Origin: Balanoglossus misakiensis
Lineage: Eukaryota; Animalia; Hemichordata
DNA length: 64,000 nt
Direction of reading: 5' to 3'
Assembly (NCBI GenBank): GCA_040954595.2
Contig: CM082576.2
Location: forward strand, 10,729,129 to 10,793,128
Shown: piece by piece, positions 28,501 through 38,500 of the stretch
How the letters are laid out: each line of letters opens with the position of its first letter
Position numbering within the stretch: position 1 is the first letter of the stretch
Notes under the pieces: model-generated
Seen by the model: only the letters and a program-made list of their open reading frames with translations
Told to the model about the DNA's origin: nothing
Database searches by the model: none
Program-made: the position numbers and the translations under genes

Positions 28501-28804
28501 GTGAATAACCAAATTTCTACCGCGCGCGCCCCGAAGCGCGGTTGTTTATGCGCTGGACGTGCAGTAGAGTGATGAGGAGCGTGGGCCCTTCTCCCTGTGT
28601 ACAACTGTGCAGCAACAAACTTGCGTTGCTCCTTTACCGTATGGCCGACGAGGAACGGCTCGTGGGCCAGGTTTTAGGAGCTCGGGAGACACCACGCGTG
28701 TTCAAGAAAGAGTGAAACGTGAAACATACCGTCTCCGAGGATGACGAGTCATAGAGATCCTTGCAACGTGTACGTTTTACTTTCTGGGTACAGCCCGTCG
28801 CCAT
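13534..28804 (-). CDS. BAHD1: Bromo-adjacent homology domain-containing protein 1 (7 coding exons)
   Basis: Exons 28804-28730, 19840-17584, 16711-16485, 15829-15667, 14633-14557, 14191-14100, 13717-13534, with consistent phases. The C-terminal BAH domain [48 protein letters not shown]...[14 protein letters not shown]...[19 protein letters not shown] matches recalled BAHD1. The first exon is less certain. Confidence 0.9.
17021..17112. repeat. Imperfect (CT)n microsatellite in a BAHD1 intron
   Basis: Several CTCTCT runs are directly visible. Confidence 0.8.
18720..18972 (-). repeat. Coding (GAT)n poly-Asp tract containing a 30-bp tandem repeat, within BAHD1 exon 2
   Basis: The + strand shows (ATC)n runs and about 3 copies of ATCACCATTAACAGTATCATCATCATCATT, encoding the repeated [10 protein letters not shown]. 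Confidence 0.9.
22216..22263 (-). CDS. BAHD1: Putative alternative first coding exon of BAHD1 ([16 protein letters not shown])
   Basis: ATGG start at 22263, 16 open codons, GTAAGT donor at 22215, phase 0 matching the acceptor of exon 2 at 19840. It lies in a locally CpG-rich patch. Confidence 0.5.
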
Positions 28805-30479
28805 GTTGTTGCTCTCAGTGTGGTGATGTCGCTGCGTCATGAATATAAATGAGCAGTGCGCCCAGAGAGTGCTGACGAAGTTTAATACTGCTGGCTGGAG
28901 CCGCCGCGATGACGCACGACTTCAATTAGATAAAACGACGCCCTCAATTTATAATAACCTTTTAAATATCGGAAACAAGCGAAAATACACATACAGAATA
29001 AACAGACACCCAGCTAAATACTTTATTTATATTTACCAATGGAGCAAATTATTTTCTGAGTGTAACAGTACATGCACGCGGTGAACATACATTTGTAAAT
29101 GCAAAATTAACAGTTTGACAACTGAAGACGGTGCCGATATGTTACCAGTACTACTCGTAAGATATTCTATGAAGTCATTACAAAACACTTTAGTATTCAA
29201 TCTCAATATTGGGATCATTGGGACAGGCTAAATGAAAACAACTAGATCCTAGTACCCTGTGAGACATTCTTCAAAATGTTTTATTAATTGACAATTGGTT
29301 TTCAACAGTCTATATAAACCAAAAGGAAAATCAGGATGCGGCGACAAACAGAAATTGCAAGTAAGCCTTATGAACGATAACTATTTATTCATCAAGTTTC
29401 CTCATCACGATTCATGGTTCATCCGGGGGCTATGCGGCTATCGAACCGTTCAAGCGCGTGAAGTCAACTTTCCCAAACCACTCGGCCTAGTCATTCATGG
29501 TCGAATATCCCAGATTTACTGAGATTCTAGAAGGAACTGTGGCGGAGTAGGCCTACACAGCAGTAGTTTTACCTACTTACTAGAATACGTATCATCTGCG
29601 CAGTAACGCACGAATTTTCTGTGCTCTGTGAACGTTTTTAATCACATAATACGTTACCAGAGTTTCAGCACAGGGAAAGCTCCTTTTGGAGTATTTGGGC
29701 AGTTGATATCATATGTTATCGTGCATAAACGGACATTAATCCGTTATATATGTTGTCAACATTTAGTCGATTGTCACTCTTCAAATAAAAGTAACTCGTC
29801 TCCGAAGTCGGAACCCGTGTAATAAAAGTTCGGTTCATAATAAATTTGTATCCAAATATCTTGCTGCTTGATTTGTTGTTTTTACCTGTAGATGTTGCCG
29901 CAAAATTAAACGTTTACAACTGACATGGTAGACTTATAGGAACAAATTTACGAAACCTATATTAGTATGTAAGCAATTTAGTGTTGCGTGTAACGTTGTC
30001 TGATTCTTATTAAATCCACTATTAACATACCAATATTCAAGGCTGAGAGCCTAAGTACACGTCATGTTATTATCCATGGTACGTGTTCATGGCCACGTCT
30101 GCGTCGCGCAATTTTGCACGTTGTCTCTTATTTTTAAGTTCAAGGGCATTGGATTTGTGCATTAGCAAACCAGAGAGAAAAACATGCTTGCATACCAATT
30201 AATAATAAGAAAAACATACATTGTAAGAAAGGAAATTGTTTTGATTCACGTTTTGAACAGGGGATGTTGTTGGTTGGGTGGGCGCTGTGTATAGGATTGC
30301 GTGACTAGAATCACATCGACGCTTTTACCATGCGGGCGTGGTACTACAAGAGCTGTATGACGTCACGGGACCTAGCTACTCCGTTGTCCATTATGTTGTT
30401 GATTTCGCCTAATTAGATCAATTGCCCGATATTCCTCGTTTTATGGAAATATAAATTTTGAAGTGACTTACTGACATTA

Positions 30480-31658
30480 GGGACCGTTCAGTTTTTACGG
30501 CCGGGGGGGGGCCGGCAAAATCCAGGGGGGGGTCACTTGAATTTTGAAGTCCAAAAGGGGGGGGTCATCTGGTTTTTTTAAACGTTTAGGGGGGGGGTCA
30601 CATACTTTTGCCACCAAACTTTTGCTTTTGAGTCCACAAAATTGCAGTTTCGCGCCCTTTATTTTACAAAATTTTCTAATGTGGGAGGGGGACACCCCCT
30701 CCCACACCCACCCCCTACATTCTTTGCAACATATCGATTTTGGCTGGTTTGACTATTCTACCAGGGCAGAGTGCTTGCCACCCCAAACCCACTGATGATA
30801 ATATTTAACAAAGTTAATACATAAAGGAGAATAAACGTTTAAAACCATTTTGCATAACTGATAGTTTTGTGCTGCATCTTCTATATGCTGGAAGTTTTAT
30901 AAATGATGTCATGACGAAGATGACGCCAAATCTTCTAACTTTGAGTGGAATGGCAAAAAATAAAATTGGTCCTCCCAAACATTGAGATGAATTTGCTTTT
31001 GAGTTCATAAAAATGCAACTTTGAGCTACATATTTTACAAAATTTTCTTATGTGGGAGGGGGACACCCCCTCCCACACCCACCCCCTACATTCTATGCAA
31101 CATATCATTTATCCGCTGGTTTGTCTAGTGTACCAGGGCAGACTTATTCCCACCCCACCCCTATGCTTACTTTGAGTGGAGTGGCAAAATCAAAATTCGT
31201 CCTGCCTAACATTGACTTTATTTGCTTTTGAGTTCATTAAAATGCAACTTTGAGCTACATATTTTACAAAATTTTCTTATGTGGGAGGGGGACACCCCCT
31301 CCCACGCCCACCCCCGCCACTTGTTTTACCAATTCTAGCAACTATTGTATTGACTTGTCATTTTTATTTGTTCATAGATTTCTTTATTGCAACAATATTA
31401 TTAAATAATTCAATTACTTTAAGAAATTTATAATTGAGGGGTGAGGAGCCCCATTCCCTTTATTGCATACAGTGTATACATAGGATCAGGATGGCGAATG
31501 TTTTCGGCGTGGGGGGGGGGGGGTCATCATATTTTTGGGTCTGTCAAAGGGGGGGTCATCATTTTTTTGGGCTGGGTGAAGGGGGGGTCGGCCTGATTTT
31601 GAGAACCGATGACACAAACTTGCCAGCCCCCCCCCTGCCGTAAAAACTGAACGGTCCC
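30480..31658 (+). mobile_element. Complete PIF/Harbinger-like MITE (about 1.18 kb, non-autonomous)
   Basis: TIRs GGGACCGTTCAGTTTTTACGGC ... GCCGTAAAAACTGAACGGTCCC, with TTA on both sides (30477-30479 and 31659-31661), the 3-bp TSD typical of PIF/Harbinger. Internal subrepeats and no transposase ORF. A second copy is at 1-134. Confidence 0.88.
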
Positions 31659-32584
31659 TTAGACAATAGTTTCATTTCTCACCCAACGATTCCGCCAGTA
31701 GACAGAATATACGGCATGTTTGCTACTCTTGCTGTCTATACCGACCTTTAACACCAAATGCATGAACTATTATTTCCATCTCTGATCCAAACAGGAGTCG
31801 TTCTTCGCATGAAATACATATGTAGGCGTATTGCCTTGTTGGGGCGTTCTGCTACTTGATCGTATTTTTACAGAATTTCAATATTCCGTCGTATAAAACG
31901 TTTTAGTTTACAATAATAGGGATGTGGAGACTGTGACCTGGCCGAGCCAAGCGGACAATCGAATTTCAGAAACGGACAATGGGATTTTCTGAATAAATTG
32001 TGGCAATCATCTGTTCAGTTCCCTTGTACAAAGCCTTACTCAGGTGTGCTCAAGTCGACAGACCGTTTTTGCGTGATTCTGGCTGTGACGTACTTAAAAG
32101 CTGTACGCCTATTCCAATATGGTCATTTTTCTTTCAAAGTCGACTTCACGTGCATCTTCTCCCCAGCCTCCAAAGGTTTTGCTCTCCAGAGACAGTGGTC
32201 GCGCCAACGACTGTGTCGGATCATGTTGTCGCCCTCTAACGTCAACAAGAAATAACCACGTATACGACTGATAGATATTTATAGTGTAGCTTAAATAAAG
32301 TTTTTAGAGTGTAATTAGTACAGATATAGCCAATGAATGTGTAAGGGTGCAGTAACTAAAGTGTATTTCAGCAATCAGCTGTGACAAATTTTCTGTATAG
32401 AACTGAATTACGCACTATTTTCATGGAAAGTATGTGCACATGTATATGATCATCCTATATAGCAGTAAATGCTGGCGGGGGAAAACAGCCTAGAAACCCG
32501 GATTAGTTAAATGTAAATATCACGGAAATGATTGTCAACTGGTATCCGAAGACGATAGTGTAATGTACAGTACTGTTTTAACGT

Positions 32585-33631
32585 TTACATCGGTTGCAGT
32601 GGTTTTATCGATGCTGGGTCTCTGGTTGCCACGTGTTCTGGTCGCGTGGAGGCGCTGCTGCAGTAGGGAATGTCGCGCACCCTGTTACCTATGCTGTTGT
32701 ACACCATAAATATATTGATACGATTCCACGGCGATGCGTTGGAGTGGGAGGCGTGCAACAAGTTGCAGTCGAACACGACCACATCCCCGGGGTCTCCAGT
32801 GCAATATTCAATCCCCAGATCGCGTGCCAAGTCCGTCAGAGTCTGTTCTTCGGGAACTCCGTAGTCTTGCTGATGCTTCAGGGACTTCTGCCAGAAGTTG
32901 TCAGGTGTTGCCCCAACACAAGAGACAAACGTCTTGTGGGATCCCGGCATAACCATCAGGGCACCGTTCGCCGGTCGGTTGCGGCTCAGGAACACGACGC
33001 ACGACAGGCACCGCATCCTCGGCATCCCGTCTTCCGCGTGCCAGGTCTCGAAGTCGCTGTGCCAGTAGAACCCAGTGCCGCGGAACGCCGACTGAAAGTT
33101 CATCCGGGACTGATGAATGTAGACGTCGTCTGCCAAAATTTGTTTGGCAATAGCAATCAGGCGAGCGTTACGGGTTATCTCACCAAGCGTCTTATGGATT
33201 TCAAAAACGGACCGTACTTTTTCCGACCCGGGCTCAGTGGCGTATTTTACTGCACTTGTCACAAATGCACCCTTTCCACTTGATTGTTCGGACTCTATTC
33301 GATCCTGTAGCTTCTCAGCTTCTTGGAGGAACTGTTTGATTTGATCCTCGGTGAAGACGTTTTTCACAGTCACATACCCACTCGTGTCATATGCGCTCAA
33401 TTCCGACGACGTGAGGGGACCCTGTGAATTGCCCTGTCCCCACAGCACGGGGTCGCGACGCGGCAGAAAGCGTGTCTTCTCTACTCTTGTCGGGTAGACA
33501 TCTTCTTCCATCGAGGTTCCAGAAAAATAAACTCGACATAATTGACCGCACCCTCTTCTTCGAACCAGCGAGGTCAAGATGTGTAAATTTTTCTGGCGAA
33601 GATTTGATAGCGCCAACAGTAGGTTTTTCAT
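32585..33631 (-). CDS. ectD: Ectoine hydroxylase-like Fe(II)/2-oxoglutarate dioxygenase; intronless CDS with an N-terminal presequence-like extension
   Basis: 348-aa ORF with the EctD signature F-x-WHSDFETWH-x-EDG-[ML]-P (FYWHSDFETWHAEDGMP, 33070-33020). It also has the N-terminal D-x-YPTR...R-x-DPV motif, VYIHQSR, GALMVMPGSH, FDCNLLHASHSN (distal His), the R of WNRINIF, VYNS, and C-terminal RPEHVATRD. Confidence 0.92.
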   Translation of the reverse strand: MKNLLLALSNLRQKNLHILTSLVRRRGCGQLCRVYFSGTSMEEDVYPTRVEKTRFLPRRDPVLWGQGNSQGPLTSSELSAYDTSGYVTVKNVFTEDQIKQFLQEAEKLQDRIESEQSSGKGAFVTSAVKYATEPGSEKVRSVFEIHKTLGEITRNARLIAIAKQILADDVYIHQSRMNFQSAFRGTGFYWHSDFETWHAEDGMPRMRCLSCVVFLSRNRPANGALMVMPGSHKTFVSCVGATPDNFWQKSLKHQQDYGVPEEQTLTDLARDLGIEYCTGDPGDVVVFDCNLLHASHSNASPWNRINIFMVYNSIGNRVRDIPYCSSASTRPEHVATRDPASIKPLQPM

Positions 33632-35544
33632 CGCTGTCTACGTCTGAAAATACAAATGTAGACAATTTGCTATGCGAAACTGGAAATGTATTCACGCAAT
33701 TAAAAACTCTGCTGATACCGGCCGCTCCTCCAAGGATTGGGACTAGACTGAAACTATTTTGGGGATAAAAAAGGAGTAAAAAACTTTAGCAGAGAACAGG
33801 GAATACGCAATGTATTTTTGCATTTTGTTTAATAAATTTGCACAATTGTGATTTTTAACCTCAAATACAACCATGTTGCTCGTGTGGAGCCGCTTTTGTA
33901 TTTACATGTTATACTTCGTCTGCAATTATCCGCAAATATTACAATAGTCTTTATTTCTGTGGAACAAACATATCGTATGATGATCCCCCCGACAAAAATA
34001 TTCTATAGGTAGATGCATGGAGCTACCACAGACATGTAACTATAGGTAAAATCGCCTATAGGACCTCGTTTATAGAAATTAATCCTACAAAAAGCGTTTC
34101 AATTCTCTAACATCAACTACCTACCTAGGTTGGCCTATCGAATGTTCAATAGGTGACGAAGACATATATGTTATTTTTGCTAGGGCGAAGTCGTGCAGAA
34201 AGTAGGTTATATAACAAAAACGCTAATAGTCCCGTATGTAAATTATTCTCAAGGTCACAAAGCTATCCGAAGTGCATTATCTTGTGCTATGTACAACCTC
34301 AAAATGTATGTTTCACGTTAGCCTTGAAGAGCAGTATCATTGTGACACATTTGGCGGCGACATTGCGAAGTTCCCCCGTTATATAGAGGTATGCGTATTA
34401 AAAGCGATGGCAACGTATGTTGATGAGTTGGTCGACCATTGAAGTCACTGACATGCCGCACATAATATTCCCTCGATATGGGTGGGAACTAGTCCCCGGA
34501 AACTTAGAACTGGCAGACTTACCCCTGGGAAAAGGTGGGCAGATTTAAAGTAACGACAAGAGTATGGGAAGAGCTCAGATGGAAACGGACGACTGACTGA
34601 AGTCTTGCCTGAAGAAACTGTGACAAGGTTACGATACGTCAGCAAAGTCAACCAACTAGGACAATGTACGTTTTATCATTCAATCAATGATTGAAGTACG
34701 TACATTCATGGTACGTGTATTGAGTAGCGCGGACAGCAGAAGCCTGGGAACTATAAAACGATCATTACTATTTTACTATAGTGAAGCTACATATGGACTT
34801 CACACATTAAGATAAATATGGACAGATGATCAATAAATTAAACTCTTGAAAAGTCACGAAATTAATCTTCAATTCTGTTCATTCACATTTTGTCCAGTCA
34901 TCCACGGTAAACATGCATTGGAGCCACGGAAAGAAATGAAATGATCTGTTACAGAAACACACTTCTGGCTCTCACCTACACCACGCTTGCCAATCTATCT
35001 GTACATATATGCTGAACTATACAAACAGACCCACATGATTTTATGTAAAAAGGTGCTTGTACCCTGACCCTCTGGGTCATGGATATCTCAAGAACAGCTT
35101 TATACAATATCTGGCTCTCTGAAACATGACTGTCACATTGCTACACATTTGGTGTGCAAGTACTGTTTCGGAGTGGTAGAAACTGAATTGATTTCGATTG
35201 GTATGGTGTGTTTACTCTTTTGAGTAAATGGTATACCAATTTGTCTGTGTGTTTGTCTAAGTGGGCGTGTGTATGTGTGTGTCTGGAGGACAGGTGTTTA
35301 TTTGAGAATGTTACAACTGATCAGATATTGCCGATTTGACTGGTATTTTTTGCGTATGTAATAAAGTTTTCCCACTAACTCTCCAGATGGCAGCACATTT
35401 AGGACGTGTGAGCCAGGCGGCCATTATCTCCTGAAGTCTCCATCGTTGCCTGATGCAGAACCCACGGATCGGCCTCCATGGCAAATGCCGATATATTATG
35501 CAACACACATACTTTGCGTGTGTGTGTGGGATTTGGCGACTTTC

Positions 35545-38500
35545 TCATTTCCTCTTCGTTTGCTGGGTCATCGGCAGCAGGTTGACTGTGGGATAGCCAT
35601 GCAACAACAACAGCAAACAAACCATGGCCAAGAATGGGAAAAGCAGCAGCCACTGAAGTTCATTCTGAATGCTCATATTGAAGCTGTCGAGGAAAACAAA
35701 AAACAGCAATCACACAAAATGATAATAGAAACAACAAAAGTATTGAACACACTGATTGATGACTTTGACTGTTTACATCAACACTGGCAAAACAATTGTC
35801 AAATGCTCAAAATAATTTTTACACAAACAAACAAAATTAATTGAAATATTAGCACTTCCCCTGAAATTAGAAATCACATGAGTTCCTGTGTGCATTGATA
35901 ATAACTGATGTAATTACCTCATGGGAAATGTGTCTTGAAAGAGCTGGCCATGCTGATTGGTCATGTGAATCTGTACAACCGATCTGATTGGTTGCTTGGG
36001 GCAGGGTATCGACCTTTGATAGTGCCCTGTGAGTGAGAAAGTCTCGTTGTACAGCAGTTCACTCCCGATCTTCACCTGTTGAAAACAAGCGGTGTTGCTG
36101 AATACTTGAAAAAAAACTTATAATAATTCATGCAGAGCTGGAAAATTGCAAAAAGTATGAATTTTTTGACTAAATTTTACCTTAATATTATAACTATTCC
36201 AAGGCTTCTTCGCAGAATGATCATCCAAGATGTCAAATTCTACAGGAAATGATGTGCCTGTCACATGCTTCTGAGATTTGCTGACATCAGAAACCACAAC
36301 ACCAACCTGACAAAATATATTGTTGTGAGTAGACCAAAGTAGTATTTGGATTAAAAAATATAAATCGTGGCTATTTATTATTTAAAATTTTGCAGTATGT
36401 TAATATTTTAACAATATAATTTGTATTCCATAAGATATGTGATAAAACCTTTACAGCCCTGATATAGGTTGTGCGGATCTTTGTAGTATGGAAATTGCCC
36501 CCCCCCCCCCCCCCCCCCCAGTCCATAAAACCTGTGTAACTGTAAGGGTCATAAAGGATTACCATACAATATTGCAATGAGCAGAGTCAAGTTTAAGGAA
36601 GATGACCTCTATCACAGCCAACACAGCAATTAACACTTTACCTTTGAATCCCAGAAAGTGAATCCGTTGAAACTGTGTGTTTCCGCCGGCCACTCGTGCA
36701 CAACCCCGCTTCCGGGTTGCGCGTCATCCGTGGAAGTATGCAGGCACATCAGCGTTCCGTCGGACGTGGCCACCAGCAGCTCCAACCCCGGAGAGGCCTC
36801 CACCAGATCAGCAGCCAACACCTGCACCAAGGTCTGCTCGCTCAGCTGGATCACATCGGAGCATTTCCCGTCGCCAGACAACACCTGCAGATTTCCGTCC
36901 TGGGTTGGGATCACCTGGCCAACAGATAATATCAATTGAACCTCAGTACCAACACATGGTGTACTTCATGTAGATTTTGATACTTCAAGTACAGTTATCT
37001 TCTTCTTCTTAAACTAGCCACCCTCATCAGGTTGAAGATTTTGCTATTTGTGCGCAACTGAATTGCAGATACGTGTATGTGGTAGATAGATACAAAAAGT
37101 GGCCTCTGGTGTTTTCTCCATAAGGCTACGTATTCGTTGTTGTGGAAATCAAATCAGAATTCCGGAGAAAACTACAGCATTGACACTGCATGAAAACTGA
37201 CACTGAATAGTACTCACGATATCAAGGTGGTCCTTGTCATGTTTCAGCCGGGTAATTAAGACATTCTTGGGTAATAATTTACTCATAACTCTCTTGGGCC
37301 AACCCAGAAGGACCTCACCAGTGTCACCACTCAAAGCCCATATATTCCTTCATTTGGAATTAATGACAGATGATATAAACAGAAACAAAACTCAGTAATA
37401 AGCAAAGAGCACACAAAAATGAACACCAGTAATGTTATCAGTTAGAAAAAGCAAAAGATAAAATCATTAACTAACCCATTGTTGGTTGCTATGACAACAT
37501 CAAGGATGCCATCTGCATTTATGTCTGCCACCCTGGACCCAGCCGAGGAAGACCCTGACAACGGCATATCCCACAAATTCTCACCAGCAGCAGTGACACA
37601 CATGACGTTGACATTGGTATCTGTGAAAATGATCTCAAGTTGACCATCTTTGTTGAGATCTTCCACCGTAACCTGCCAACAGAGAGAACAGTTTGAGGTA
37701 TTTTCAAAAAATTAAAAGATACAGGTATTTAAATGTCTCTTTACAGTCCAGGGTTGGAAGATAAACCAAGTATGCGGTTATGGGTGCCTCTGTCATTTGA
37801 TTCTGTACACAGGGAAGATTTACCAGAAGCACTCTCTCAGAACAATCGGGTATCAAAACAATCTGTCACATGTCACACTCTTGCTTCAGGGCTTAAAGAG
37901 ACGATCGCTACACTACACTGCACAGTACAGTACAGCTAACTGACCTGGCCATGAATCGGTCCAACCAGTTTGGGGAATCCGTTTCTCATGATGCCATCAG
38001 AGTTCAACACATAGAGGTGACCAGAGGATGTACCCAGCAGGATTTCCAGTGGTCCACTATTGCTATCCAGATCAACCACAGTTGGCGTGAACAGTGCATA
38101 GGCAGGGAATTCCGAACTCCCCTGTAATTCAAATCAGATCATAGTTATGACTCTTACATATTATGCAGTATTTGGAATGCTGATCATAAAACATGCAGCA
38201 CTGGATCTTAAATTAAATTTTAATAGGACTATGCAGGTAATGAAGAAATTTATTATTACTGCGGAAAAATATATGAAAAAGTAAATACTGCCCATGAATT
38301 TTCTTATTGAGACATGACACTACACATTTTTTTAGATAAATTGCTTTGGTGAGTTACTATAAAGAAGTGTAAAATTTCCCTAGGGCCACTGGAATTAACG
38401 TGCACTTTTTGTCACCCTCAAACATTCCAAATGTTTGTTGCATTAAACTGCACAGTACATTCCTAATTATAAGTAAAGTCTATCATTGACCGTTCTCACA

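Noticed and set aside
32594-33283. 229-aa + strand ORF
   Set aside because: Antisense shadow of the ectD CDS with no recognisable motifs.
30480-33631. Idea that the neighbouring MITE mobilised ectD
   Set aside because: The MITE is self-contained, with its own TIRs and TSD, does not enclose the gene, and looks recent. Proximity alone is not evidence.
34510-34545. ACTTACC sequence resembling the U1 snRNA 5' end
   Set aside because: The downstream sequence does not match U1. It is simply the reverse complement of a splice donor.
31659-35544. Possible ectABC operon or a larger bacterial insert around ectD
   Set aside because: No ORFs resembling EctA, EctB, EctC or Ask. The flanks look like AT-rich host intergenic/UTR DNA.
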